Positions 18,515 through 28,198 of a stretch of 44,202 nucleotides of DNA are shown here, piece after piece. The notes beneath the pieces are model-generated. The model did no database searches. It worked only from the letters and a program-made list of their open reading frames with translations, and was not told the DNA's origin. Position numbers and translations under genes: made by a program. Source of the stretch: an uncultured Methylotenera sp. (GTDB lineage: Bacteria; Pseudomonadota; Gammaproteobacteria; Burkholderiales; Methylophilaceae); contig CAZZDN010000001.1 of assembly GCA_964652655.1 (NCBI GenBank), positions 1 to 44,202 on the forward strand, written 5' to 3'. How positions within the stretch are numbered: the stretch's first letter is position 1; every line of letters starts with the position of its first letter.

Positions 18515-19726
18515 TTAATGAGTTGTTTTTAACATGACGATGATTTGTTCTATCACGCTACCGTCTTTTTCTGTTTTGCGTATTTTAACGGGAATATTTT
18601 GGTAATCTAATGCGAGCCATATTTCTGTTTTTTCTAAATTATCTCCACTCTTGAGTAAATGTAAGGTTTTGAGCTCGCCGAGCTTGGTCGAGATCGTTTC
18701 TTCACCTTCAAAGCTGTAAGTGTAAGTGCGTAAATACTTACCATTCGTCATGGTAATTTGCATGGCGTTTAATGGGGGGGTAAACATAAACTGGTACATA
18801 AAGCTTAAAAAGTCTTGTGTACCTTCAGGAAGTTTTTCTGTTTTCTTGCCTTTTTTACTCGTCATTTCGATGACACTATTTTCCCAAAGTAACTTTGCGT
18901 ATTGGTTTTTGTCACTATTAGTACCGTACTGATACGCGTAGTAGTGTGGTTTTAAACCTTTTTCATCCACGCTGCCCTCGCTGTGTTGTTCTAATTTACT
19001 TAAGAAAAGTGAGGCGACCCCTTTTGCTTCAGTAACGCTGGTGAGTTGATAAGTGTTATCTCGTGTATTCATCAAGAAAGTCATTTGTGTGTTGCCAAGT
19101 ATGCTAGAGCCTTCTCCTCGGCTGACCTCAAATTCTGACTGTACATAGGGGTAAGCCATCGTTGTGTGTGTGTTGACATTCTCAGGGGGTTCTATTGTGG
19201 TGGTGCTGTTATCATTCCCTTCGGTTAATTGTTGCTTATCCACATCTAGCAAAGGGTCTGCGTTGTTTGGCGTGTTGGGCTCCATTGCCTTAGGTGTTTC
19301 TTCTGGAGCTATCGCCGGCATGGTAGGGGCTTCAGCCTTTTCTATTTTACTTTCCTCTAAAGGCGAGTCTATAGCGCTAGGTTTTTGGAGCGAGCTAGGC
19401 TTGGTGCGACGAGGTGACGTTGGCACCGGAGGATTATGTAGACTGATAGCCGATGTGTTGAGCTGTTGTTCTGGTAGTGACTGAATCAGACGCGCATGGA
19501 TTGCGCTGATAGTGTCAACATTACTCGGGAGTGAGATTGAGTAATTGCCGATTAGCAATAAGTGCAACACCAAAGAGATAAAGGCCGCAATCAATAGCGA
19601 CTTGTTTTGGGCAATACGCAATTTTAAGGAGCTGAGCACCATATTCGTGTATGAAGAATGATTACCATGCGTTTTTCGTGTCTTATTATCATTGAATTGA
19701 CGTTCCATTTTTAACTTCTGGTGCAT
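18515..19726 (-). CDS. DUF3108-domain envelope protein with N-terminal TM anchor and Pro/Glu/Thr-rich linker
   Basis: ISLVLHLLL TM helix, then a low-complexity linker, then SEG...GLKP..Y, LPEGTQDFLSFMYQ, GEETISTKLGELKTLHL and EIWLA.DY.NIPVKIR. The start is uncertain. Confidence 0.8.
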   Translation of the reverse strand: MHQKLKMERQFNDNKTRKTHGNHSSYTNMVLSSLKLRIAQNKSLLIAAFISLVLHLLLIGNYSISLPSNVDTISAIHARLIQSLPEQQLNTSAISLHNPPVPTSPRRTKPSSLQKPSAIDSPLEESKIEKAEAPTMPAIAPEETPKAMEPNTPNNADPLLDVDKQQLTEGNDNSTTTIEPPENVNTHTTMAYPYVQSEFEVSRGEGSSILGNTQMTFLMNTRDNTYQLTSVTEAKGVASLFLSKLEQHSEGSVDEKGLKPHYYAYQYGTNSDKNQYAKLLWENSVIEMTSKKGKKTEKLPEGTQDFLSFMYQFMFTPPLNAMQITMTNGKYLRTYTYSFEGEETISTKLGELKTLHLLKSGDNLEKTEIWLALDYQNIPVKIRKTEKDGSVIEQIIVMLKTTH

Positions 19727-20285
19727 CTTTCAGCAGTTGGTGTGTAATCAGTCCGTTGACTACCCCAAAAAATAAAGCAGCTAGTGCAAAAATTGGTACC
19801 AAGTAGGCAACGCTGGTATGCGGAATTAGCCATAACCTGACGATAATTAATTGCCCTGCAATGTGTGCAAATGCTGCCAATATGCTTAATGATACCGCGC
19901 TAAAGTACTTTTTAGGTAAGTGCATGCCTAGCCATAGTGCTACTAAGCTTAATAAGGCGCCAGTTAAGCTTAGTATAAAAGTTGGTGACAAAAACTGCCC
20001 TAAGAATAAGCTACTGGCAAATACGCGAAGTATGCTGACCCAGGCAGCACTGGCAAAATCATATTTATATAATACATATAAAGTCACAATGTTGGCGATA
20101 CCAGGTTTCACACCTGGCAAAGGGGATGGAATCACCGCTTCTAGCATGTGCAGAGCAATTGCAAACGCAGCAAGCTTTGCAATACGATGATCGTCTATTG
20201 TGGTTTTAATCTGCATGTTTCGTTGCGAGTGGTCTAGTTTTTTGTGTCTGTGTTTCGTGTGGACAGTGTTTTCCTGATTCATCAA
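19689..20285 (-). CDS. Gx transporter family membrane protein (often annotated heptaprenyl-PP synthase component I)
   Basis: Several TM segments, the signature LE..IPSPLPGVKPGIANIV, RVF..SLFLG.F.SP.F and AFAHIAGQL. ATGA overlap with the upstream ORF. Confidence 0.85.
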   Translation of the reverse strand: MMNQENTVHTKHRHKKLDHSQRNMQIKTTIDDHRIAKLAAFAIALHMLEAVIPSPLPGVKPGIANIVTLYVLYKYDFASAAWVSILRVFASSLFLGQFLSPTFILSLTGALLSLVALWLGMHLPKKYFSAVSLSILAAFAHIAGQLIIVRLWLIPHTSVAYLVPIFALAALFFGVVNGLITHQLLKDAPEVKNGTSIQ

Positions 20286-20698
20286 TAATTGAGTGAATCA
20301 TATGGTTTTTTTTCCCCAACTAGTTCTAAACTTACTTGATTAGGTAAGCACACGGCAGCTTGCCCTGAGCGAGATAGCCAGCCTTGATGTACACAATATT
20401 GGTTATGACACGGTGACTGTGCAAATCGTGCTTTGCCATCCATGATGCTGATGGTAGTGTTGCCTAGTGTTCCATGCAGATGAATATCACGTTGTTGGTT
20501 GAGGCTGTATGTGCCATAAATAGTGTCGCCTATTCTTATTTGTGCATTTGTGGCGCGCTGGTCTGTCCATAAATGCTGAAATAGCAAGACAATCAATATT
20601 CCACTAGTTATCAGGATGCACCAATCCCCAATTAGCATGACATTAGTGTTGGTTTTAATAGTGTTTAATAATTTGAACATGCTTTTTAACGTCTTCAT
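20282..20698 (-). CDS. NusG domain II (Lin0431/DUF1312-like) membrane-anchored periplasmic protein
   Basis: GD followed by a TM helix, then SPCHNQYCVHQGW.S..GQ..VCLPNQV and a C-terminal YD. The true start may be 20680 or 20638. Confidence 0.85.
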   Translation of the reverse strand: MKTLKSMFKLLNTIKTNTNVMLIGDWCILITSGILIVLLFQHLWTDQRATNAQIRIGDTIYGTYSLNQQRDIHLHGTLGNTTISIMDGKARFAQSPCHNQYCVHQGWLSRSGQAAVCLPNQVSLELVGEKKPYDSLNY

Positions 20699-21752
20699 CT
20701 AACCACGCTAGTTTAGCCTGCATCTCTGGTGTTACTAATACTTGGGATGATTGATCTATGACCATAAAGTATTGAATACCCATGGCGTGAGCGATTTCAG
20801 CTTTACGTTTTGCTGACTCGATAAAAATAGGTTTGGATGCAACATCTGATAGCACACCCGCCTGGGTTTGCCCGACAGGTTGCGGCGGAATGAGTACTGT
20901 GACGGCTTGAGTATGCTGCACTGGGTAGCCAGTGCGAGGGTCAATAATATGGCAATAGCGCTTACCATCTAACACAAAGTAACGCTGGTAATCGCCAGAG
21001 GTACCTACTGCCCAGCCATCTGGTAAGTCTAGTGTTGCAATTGCAGAGGGTTTGCGCGGGTGTTGTATCCCTACTCGCCATGGCTTATCTCCATGTTGAC
21101 CTAGTGCGATGATGTTGCCACCGATGTTGATCAGTGCGTGCTTAACATTTTGTTGGCGTAAGTAACGTGCAGCTCTATCTAGTGCGTATCCCTTAGCATA
21201 GCCTCCTAAATCAAGCTTGACGCTAGGATTGATGCTATACGCAGTTTGGTTAGCAACAACGATATCCCCCATGCTGGGATTAGCGCTGACGAATGCACTG
21301 ATTTTTTTATCGTCAATGTTTGTTGCAGAGAACTCGTCAGCCTGAAAGCCCCATGTGCCGATAAGATGTCCGATGGTCGGATTGAATAAGCCGTTAGATC
21401 GTTGAGAGAGTTTTGTTGCATCTAGCAGAATCTCTTGCATGAGGGGGCTGATAGTAATGGGTTTGCTTTGCGTTGCAAACGCCAGATTAAGTGCACCTAA
21501 TTCACTATTTTCGTTTACAGTCACTGGTTTCCAAGCATGTAGCTGCTGGTGCAGGTGTTGAAAGTCTTGCATGATTGCATTGGAAAGTGCTTGCGCACGC
21601 TCTTTTGGCTCGCCATGAATACTGATGTCGACCAACGTGCCAAATACGTAGCTTTTGCTATGATAAAGCGATGGTTTGCTATATTGCATGTAACCCATTA
21701 ACACAATGCCGCATACCGCAACAATCAATAGACGACTTAATCCCTTACGCAT
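20655..21752 (-). CDS. apbE: FAD:protein FMN transferase ApbE
   Basis: VFGT, GLFNPTIG, LDLGGYAKGYALD, NIGGN, WRVGIQHPR, TSGDYQRYF and HIIDPRTGYP. Confidence 0.94.
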   Translation of the reverse strand: MRKGLSRLLIVAVCGIVLMGYMQYSKPSLYHSKSYVFGTLVDISIHGEPKERAQALSNAIMQDFQHLHQQLHAWKPVTVNENSELGALNLAFATQSKPITISPLMQEILLDATKLSQRSNGLFNPTIGHLIGTWGFQADEFSATNIDDKKISAFVSANPSMGDIVVANQTAYSINPSVKLDLGGYAKGYALDRAARYLRQQNVKHALINIGGNIIALGQHGDKPWRVGIQHPRKPSAIATLDLPDGWAVGTSGDYQRYFVLDGKRYCHIIDPRTGYPVQHTQAVTVLIPPQPVGQTQAGVLSDVASKPIFIESAKRKAEIAHAMGIQYFMVIDQSSQVLVTPEMQAKLAWLDEDVKKHVQIIKHY

Positions 21753-22688
21753 TTATTGTAGGGATGATTTTTCTAAAGCATTGATAAACAGGCTGGCAGG
21801 ATTACAGTCGGTCTGCTTTGCTATTTCGACCATCCCAGTCGGGCTGGTCACATTGATTTCCGTGAGATGCTCACCAATCACATCTAATCCGACTAAAAAC
21901 AGTCCTTCTTGTTTTAGTATGTTGCCAACGGTCGTGGCAATTTCAAGATCTTTGGCTGTGAGTGGTTGTGCAATACCAGTCCCACCTGCAGCTAAATTAC
22001 CTCGCGTTTCGCCCGCCATTGGAACTCTAGCTAGTGCATAGGGCAATGGTTCGCCATTAATCACGATAATGCGTTTATCTCCTTGCACAATGGCTGGCAG
22101 GTAGCGTTGCGCCATCACGGTTTGCGTGCCAAATTCGGTAATGGTTTCCAGTATCACACTGATATTGGGGTCTTGCAATGTCAGGCGAAAAATACTACTG
22201 CCACCCATACCGTCGAGAGGTTTCACGACGATGTCGGCATGGGTGTGGAGAAACTCTCGAATCAAGGTTTGATTTGCCGTGACCAAAAACTCCGGTGCAA
22301 ATTGCGGAAAGCGCGTGACTGATAGTTTCTCATTCCATCCTCGTATCGCGACGGGATTATTCAGTATGCGAGCACCCTGTTGTGCTGCAATTTCTAGCAA
22401 ATAGGTGCTGTACAGGTACTCATTATCAAATGGCGGGTCTTTACGCATGATAATTGCATCGAAATCACAGGGGGAGCACTCTTTTTTTTCGCCGGTAGAA
22501 AAGTTTTCACCAGAAAAGCTAAATTTTTGCGTGATTATTCTTGCTTGCGCACCGCGTAAAAACAGGTCGTGTTGCATACACACGAACAGTTCATGGCCAC
22601 GCTGACTAGCCTCACGCATGATTGCGATGCTAGTGTCTTTGTAAGTTTTTAGGCTTTCAAGCGGATCAAGAATAAAGACAAGTTTCAT
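21753..22688 (-). CDS. gshB: Glutathione synthetase
   Basis: KDTS, MRKDPPFD, NEKL, KPLDGMGG, GDKR, RGNLAAGG, GLDVIG and EINVTSPT. Confidence 0.97.
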   Translation of the reverse strand: MKLVFILDPLESLKTYKDTSIAIMREASQRGHELFVCMQHDLFLRGAQARIITQKFSFSGENFSTGEKKECSPCDFDAIIMRKDPPFDNEYLYSTYLLEIAAQQGARILNNPVAIRGWNEKLSVTRFPQFAPEFLVTANQTLIREFLHTHADIVVKPLDGMGGSSIFRLTLQDPNISVILETITEFGTQTVMAQRYLPAIVQGDKRIIVINGEPLPYALARVPMAGETRGNLAAGGTGIAQPLTAKDLEIATTVGNILKQEGLFLVGLDVIGEHLTEINVTSPTGMVEIAKQTDCNPASLFINALEKSSLQ

Positions 22689-22697
22689 GAGCGGACT

Positions 22698-24008
22698 TTA
22701 CTGATTTAAAGGGTCTTGTTCTTCTAACTCGATGGCCGCTGCTAATAAGGCCAAGCGTGCTACCACGCCATATGCATAGAAACGGTTAGGGGTAGCATCA
22801 GGTGAGCCGGCACAATCGGGTAAGGTGCATGGCTTTTCAAACGCGAGCGGTACAAAGTGTGAGCCAGGCGCATTTAGGTTTTCATCCACACCCCTACCTG
22901 TGTGCACACGATAGAAACCACCAATTACATGGTGATCCATCATATAGACCACTGGTTCGGCTACAGCATCGTTGATGCTCTCAAAAGTGTAAACACCTTC
23001 TTGGATAATGACCTCGGTTACTTCTAGTCCTTCTTTAATCACTGACATTTTGTTGCGTGCTTTTCGGTTTAAACCGCGTACGTCATCTGGGGACTTTACC
23101 GTCATGATGCCCATGCCGTAAGTGCCGGCATTGGCTTTTACAATCACAAACGGCTCTTGTGTCACGCCATACTCTGCATATTTCACTTTAATTTTTTCAA
23201 GCAAAGACTCAACCTTAGCGGCTAGACAGTCCTCACCGGCTCTGGCGTTAAAGTCAATTTCACCACAGGTTTCAAAGTACGGATTCAATAACCATTCATC
23301 GATGCCTAATAGCTGTGAGAATTCACCAGCCACCCGATTATAAGCAGAAAAATGTTGCGATTTTCTGCGGGTGCTCCAGCCTGCATACAGTGGCGGAATC
23401 AGATCCTGCTCAAGATTTTTAAGGATATCTGGGATGCCGCCAGATAAATCGTTATTAAGCAGAATTGCACAGCTATCAAAGGCGCTGAGATGGGTATCAC
23501 CTAGTTGAGACGCTGGTAACCTGATTCGATTACCTTCTCGTACTACAGGTTCTAGTAATAGTGGCTGGCCATCATGCGTTTCTAATAGTGTGGGTACGAT
23601 AATCTCTGGCGAGATAGAGCCGATTCTCACGTCCATGCCAGCCTGTTTTAAGATGTTTGCCAGCTCAACTACGTTACGTAGATAGTAAGTGTTTCGTGTG
23701 TGATTCTCTGGAATAATGAGTAAGCGGCTTGCCTCAGGGCATATTTTTTCAACCGCGACCATCGCCGCCTGTACGCTTAAATGGATAAAGTCAGGGTTCA
23801 GATTATTAAACCCACCCGGAAATAAGTTGGTATCAACGGGTGCTAATTTAAAACCAGCATTACGTAAATCAACAGACGCGTAGAATGGCGCTGCATGATC
23901 TAACCATTTGGTGCGGAACCAGTGCTCAATCCTAGGCATGGCATCTAGCATGCTTTTTTCTAGAGATAAGAGTGGGCCATTGAGTGCTGTTGTTAAATGC
24001 GGAACCAT
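22698..24008 (-). CDS. gshA: Glutamate--cysteine ligase (betaproteobacterial/Acidithiobacillus GshA type)
   Basis: MVPHLTTAL.GPL, PFYASVDLRNAGFKLAPVDTNLFPGGFNNL, PENHTRN, LLNNDLS, GTYGMG and NRFYAYGV. Adjacent to gshB, with an AAGGA RBS before ATG 24008. Confidence 0.94.
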   Translation of the reverse strand: MVPHLTTALNGPLLSLEKSMLDAMPRIEHWFRTKWLDHAAPFYASVDLRNAGFKLAPVDTNLFPGGFNNLNPDFIHLSVQAAMVAVEKICPEASRLLIIPENHTRNTYYLRNVVELANILKQAGMDVRIGSISPEIIVPTLLETHDGQPLLLEPVVREGNRIRLPASQLGDTHLSAFDSCAILLNNDLSGGIPDILKNLEQDLIPPLYAGWSTRRKSQHFSAYNRVAGEFSQLLGIDEWLLNPYFETCGEIDFNARAGEDCLAAKVESLLEKIKVKYAEYGVTQEPFVIVKANAGTYGMGIMTVKSPDDVRGLNRKARNKMSVIKEGLEVTEVIIQEGVYTFESINDAVAEPVVYMMDHHVIGGFYRVHTGRGVDENLNAPGSHFVPLAFEKPCTLPDCAGSPDATPNRFYAYGVVARLALLAAAIELEEQDPLNQ

Positions 24009-24075
24009 ATTTTCCTTTTTCAAACTGTATCGCGGTTATTCGGCAGAAATCGCTACAACGTCAGTACCAAGTTGT

Positions 24076-25038
24076 TTAAGTCATCACCTGATGTGCTTGG
24101 GCGTCTGCATGATAGCTACTTCTTACCATGGGGCCACTGGCGGTATTATTAAACCCCATTGCGTCAGCTTTTTGTTTTAAAGTTTCAAAAACCTGCGGTT
24201 CTACATAACGCATCACCGGTAAATGGTGCACGCTTGGCTGCAGGTATTGTCCTAGTGTGAGCATGCTGACATTGTGCGCACGCAAATCCTGCATAACCGC
24301 TAAAATTTCCTCATCCGTTTCTCCCAAGCCTAACATTAGGCCAGATTTGGTTGGTACGTGTGGATACATTTCACCAAATACTTTTAAGAGGTTTAATGAG
24401 TTTTGGTAGTCAGAACCCGGTCTGGCCTGTTTATAAAGCCTAGGGATAGTTTCTAGGTTATGGTTCATCACATCCGGTGGCGCTTTACGCAGGATTTCCA
24501 TCGCCACATCCAAGCGGCCACGAAAATCTGGCACCAGAATTTCAATTTTGATATTAGGCGAGTGTTTACGTACTGCTTGAATACAATCAACAAAATGTTG
24601 GGCGCCACCATCTAGCAGGTCGTCTCGGTCTACGCTGGTTATCACTACGTAGTTTAGGCGCATTTGTGCAATGGTTTTTGCCAGATTTTCTGGCTCATTC
24701 GGGTCTGGTGGCAGTGGTTTGCCATGCGCTACATCGCAAAACGGGCAGCGACGTGTACAAATATCACCTAAAATCATAAAGGTGGCTGTGCCACCACTAA
24801 AGCATTCGCCGATATTGGGGCAGCTGGCTTCTTCGCATACGGTATGTAGGTTGTTTTCACGCAGTACGCGCTTAATTTCCTGATAACGTTCGCCATCAGG
24901 CACTTTCATACGTATCCAGTCTGGCTTGCGCTGCACTGGTTGCGGAATGATTTTAATGGGGATGCGCGACGTTTTTGCCGCGTCAATCTCTTTGACACCA
25001 GCTACTTTGGGTGTTTTGTTAGGGGGTACGTTCGTCAT
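24076..25038 (-). CDS. lipA: Lipoyl synthase
   Basis: [12 protein letters not shown], radical-SAM [21 protein letters not shown] and VRSSYHA. Confidence 0.97.
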   Translation of the reverse strand: MTNVPPNKTPKVAGVKEIDAAKTSRIPIKIIPQPVQRKPDWIRMKVPDGERYQEIKRVLRENNLHTVCEEASCPNIGECFSGGTATFMILGDICTRRCPFCDVAHGKPLPPDPNEPENLAKTIAQMRLNYVVITSVDRDDLLDGGAQHFVDCIQAVRKHSPNIKIEILVPDFRGRLDVAMEILRKAPPDVMNHNLETIPRLYKQARPGSDYQNSLNLLKVFGEMYPHVPTKSGLMLGLGETDEEILAVMQDLRAHNVSMLTLGQYLQPSVHHLPVMRYVEPQVFETLKQKADAMGFNNTASGPMVRSSYHADAQAHQVMT

Positions 25039-25684
25039 GCAAATGCTCTAGTTTGCTGGCAAGCATAGTGACAAGCTGCTCGCCAATGGTTTGTATATTG
25101 GCATCAATGCCGAGATCTTTGGTTTGTGTCACTGCCATCCCTTTGTAGCCGCAAGGATCAATTGCGCTAAATGGGCTTAAATCCATGTCTATATTCAGGC
25201 TAAGGCCGTGATAGCAGCAGTTGTTCTTTACTCGTAAGCCCAAAGAGGCAATTTTTGCCTCTTGTGTGTTGTTTAAGGAGACGTAGACACCTGGTGCATC
25301 TGCTTTTGCCACTGCACTTACCTGATATTGCGCTAGTAATTCTATCACTGTCTGCTCTAGTAGGCTTACTAGGCTGCGGATGTTGAGACGACGTCTGGAT
25401 AAGTCTAACAATACGTAAATGATGACTTGGCCTGGCCCATGATAAGTGATTTTGCCGCCACGATCAGTATGAACCACGGCGATGTCATGGCGCGATGGCG
25501 GTGCAACCTGCTTACGGTTAAGCCCTAGAGAGTAAACAGGGGTATGTTCGGTAACCCATATTTCATCTGCGGATTCAGGCGTGCGCGCTACGGTAAATTG
25601 CTGCATCGCCTCACAGGTGGATTCGAATGAGGTGATGCCTAAGTTTCTAACAATAATCTTGTTTAGCATCGCAAGCTGATGCAC
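25019..25684 (-). CDS. lipB: Octanoyltransferase
   Basis: [36 protein letters not shown] and IDPCG. Confidence 0.95.
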   Translation of the reverse strand: MHQLAMLNKIIVRNLGITSFESTCEAMQQFTVARTPESADEIWVTEHTPVYSLGLNRKQVAPPSRHDIAVVHTDRGGKITYHGPGQVIIYVLLDLSRRRLNIRSLVSLLEQTVIELLAQYQVSAVAKADAPGVYVSLNNTQEAKIASLGLRVKNNCCYHGLSLNIDMDLSPFSAIDPCGYKGMAVTQTKDLGIDANIQTIGEQLVTMLASKLEHLHDERTP

Positions 25685-25687
25685 ATC

Positions 25688-25969
25688 TTAAAGCGTATAT
25701 TTCACTAAAGGATGCGCAGTTAATAAGCGATAAACATCATCAAGCTGTGCTTGTGAGTCCACATCCACTGAGCAGGTCAGGCTAATATATTTGCCATTGG
25801 TACTCGCGCGCATTTCGACAAGCTCAGCACTAAAGTCAGGCACGATGGTTTGAATCAAGCCAATAATTGTTGTCGCGAAGATGTCTTGTGTTTCGCCCAT
25901 GACCTTAATGGGAAATCTACAAGGAAACTCGATAAGTGGCGGTGTTGTTTGCGTGTCAATCTCTGTCAT
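25688..25969 (-). CDS. ybeD: YbeD/DUF493 family protein
   Basis: LIEFPC.FPIKVMG, S..GKYISLT and QLDDVY..L..HP.VK. Conserved position between dacA and lipB. Confidence 0.9.
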   Translation of the reverse strand: MTEIDTQTTPPLIEFPCRFPIKVMGETQDIFATTIIGLIQTIVPDFSAELVEMRASTNGKYISLTCSVDVDSQAQLDDVYRLLTAHPLVKYTL

Positions 25970-25978
25970 GGTTGTGAA

Positions 25979-27166
25979 TTATTGCAACATTAATTTAATG
26001 GAGTCCCATGCACGACCTAATATGCCAGCAGTAGCAACTGATTTGTTGGCAACTAATGCACGCTCACTGATGGTTCTGCCATTTAGCACGAATTTTACTT
26101 GTCCAACGACTTGCCCTTTTTTGATAGGTGCAATCAGAGGTTGGGTGCTCGAGACAATGGCTTTTACATTCGCGTACTCACCTTTTGGTAGCGTTAAGTA
26201 AAGGTCGTTGGCAACGGTAGATGAAATTTCGTTTTCATCACCCTTCCATACTTTCAATTTACTGATTTGTTGATTTTGTTTATAAACTAATGTTGAGTCA
26301 AAGAATTGGAAGCCGTAATTCAATAACTTCTGGCTTTCGGTTGCGCGTGCGGTATCAGTCGGCGCACCCAAAATGACTGCAATATGACGTGTGTTATCAC
26401 GTTTTGCCGTAGAAATTAAGCAATAACCAGCAGACTCGGTGTGGCCTGTTTTCATCCCGTCTACGTTAGGATCCAACCATAATAGACGGTTACGGTTTGC
26501 TTGTTTAATATTGTTATAGGTGTACTCTTTCACTGAGTAAAGACGTTTGTACTCTTCTGGGAAGTCGCGAATCAATGCCATGGCAAGTGTCGCTAAATCT
26601 TCTGCAGTGGTGTAGTGCTGTGGGTCAGGTAGGCCTGTAGCATTCATGTAGTGCGTGTTTTTCATGCCTAAGCGCTGTGCTTCTTTGTTCATCATTTGCG
26701 CAAACTGTTGCTCGGTGCTGGCAATCCCTTCAGCCAGTGTGATAGATGCATCATTACCTGAAACAATAATCATGCCGTGAAGTAACTCATCAACCGTGGC
26801 TGGTTTGTTTGGCTCGATAAACATTTTTGAGCCTTCAGTCTTCCAGGCATGTTCGCTCACTGGTAGCGTTTGGTTCAGCTGTAAATGGCCATTCTTAATT
26901 GCTTTAAATACTAGGTACGCTGTCATGATCTTGGTTAATGACGCGGGTTCGACACGCATGCTCGCATTGTTTTGAGCCACTACGTAACCATTATTAAAGT
27001 CTTTGAGTAAGTAAGCCTTTACTGCCAGATTTGGTGGCGGTGCTATTTGCGCTGCGCCCCCGTGTGCAAGATTTGTAAAAGATGTGGCAGCCAACATAAG
27101 GGCTACAGAAGTATTGGCAATAATACGTGTTAAAGCGTGGTTTCTGATGATATGCATGAGATTCAA
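25979..27166 (-). CDS. dacA: D-alanyl-D-alanine carboxypeptidase (PBP5/6)
   Basis: PASLTK (SxxK), SGND (SxN) and KTG motifs, a signal peptide and the PBP5 C-terminal domain. Confidence 0.92.
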   Translation of the reverse strand: MNLMHIIRNHALTRIIANTSVALMLAATSFTNLAHGGAAQIAPPPNLAVKAYLLKDFNNGYVVAQNNASMRVEPASLTKIMTAYLVFKAIKNGHLQLNQTLPVSEHAWKTEGSKMFIEPNKPATVDELLHGMIIVSGNDASITLAEGIASTEQQFAQMMNKEAQRLGMKNTHYMNATGLPDPQHYTTAEDLATLAMALIRDFPEEYKRLYSVKEYTYNNIKQANRNRLLWLDPNVDGMKTGHTESAGYCLISTAKRDNTRHIAVILGAPTDTARATESQKLLNYGFQFFDSTLVYKQNQQISKLKVWKGDENEISSTVANDLYLTLPKGEYANVKAIVSSTQPLIAPIKKGQVVGQVKFVLNGRTISERALVANKSVATAGILGRAWDSIKLMLQ

Positions 27167-27175
27167 TGATTGGAT

Positions 27176-28171
27176 TTACTGATTGGTAACGATAGCTGAT
27201 ATATTGAGCTGATTTCTTACTTTGTTTGCATGGATGTCAGCCTCTTTTTTGCTTGAAAAGGGACCTAATCTCACACGATACAAGCCATTATTATACACGT
27301 TAGTGACGGCGGCATTGCCAGCAAGGTCAAGGTTCAAGATTTTCTTTTGTAACACCTCGCCATTAGCTTCACTTTTGAACGCGCCTGCCTGCACATAATA
27401 GCTGGCAGAAGTGATTTCTTTGCTAGTTGCTGGTTCTACTATCGATGCATTATTGGTGTCAGGTGAGCTGGCTGCACTGGTAATAATGCTACTGGTAATC
27501 ACAGAATTATCAGTTTGAGCATTACTTGTCGTGGATGGTTCAACTTTCGCAATATTGATATTAGCGGCTTTCTTTAAAGCCTCTGGGCTGGTATCAATCG
27601 CGGTGACTTCTACCTTGCCGCTACCGTTTGCTACTAAACCTAATTTATAAGCAGCCGCGTAAGATAAGTCGATTAGCCGATCATTTTTGAATGGGCCTCG
27701 GTCATTTACGCGCACAATCACTGCCTTGCCATTGGCAGGGTTCACCACCCTAACATAGCTAGGAATTGGTAAGGTGGTGTGTGCAGCAGACATGCCGTAC
27801 ATATCATAGACCTCACCACTCGAAGTTTTTCTGCCATGGTAACGTTTGCCATACCAAGAGGCGATGCCCTGTTTGGTGTAAGGTGCATAGCTTGTCATTG
27901 GCACGTATCTTTTGCCTAAAGCCTGATAAGGTTTATTACTGCTGACCAGCGGTTTTTCTGTTTTAAGTTGGGCGTCTGGGATGCTATCAAAATCAATGCC
28001 AGTTGCATCACCAGGGCCATCGTCTAGATAATAGCCGCCGCCTTTTTGGGTGGATTCTTTGGATGTCGTTTGGCTAGACGTTGTTGACTCTGGCTTCGTG
28101 CTTGTTATGCTCGCACAGCCAGCGAGTGCTAGTAACCCTAGAATAATGAGGCTTTTTTTGAAAATGGCCAT
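27176..28171 (-). CDS. rlpA: Septal lytic transglycosylase lipoprotein RlpA
   Basis: Lipobox LAGC, GIASWYG, AAHTTLPIPSYVRV, VNDRGPF, IDLSYAAA and a C-terminal SPOR domain (YVQAGAF...YRVRLGPF). GAGGAG RBS before ATG 28171. Confidence 0.94.
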   Translation of the reverse strand: MAIFKKSLIILGLLALAGCASITSTKPESTTSSQTTSKESTQKGGGYYLDDGPGDATGIDFDSIPDAQLKTEKPLVSSNKPYQALGKRYVPMTSYAPYTKQGIASWYGKRYHGRKTSSGEVYDMYGMSAAHTTLPIPSYVRVVNPANGKAVIVRVNDRGPFKNDRLIDLSYAAAYKLGLVANGSGKVEVTAIDTSPEALKKAANINIAKVEPSTTSNAQTDNSVITSSIITSAASSPDTNNASIVEPATSKEITSASYYVQAGAFKSEANGEVLQKKILNLDLAGNAAVTNVYNNGLYRVRLGPFSSKKEADIHANKVRNQLNISAIVTNQ

Positions 28172-28198
28172 CGAGTTTCTCCTCTGCAATAGAATCGA

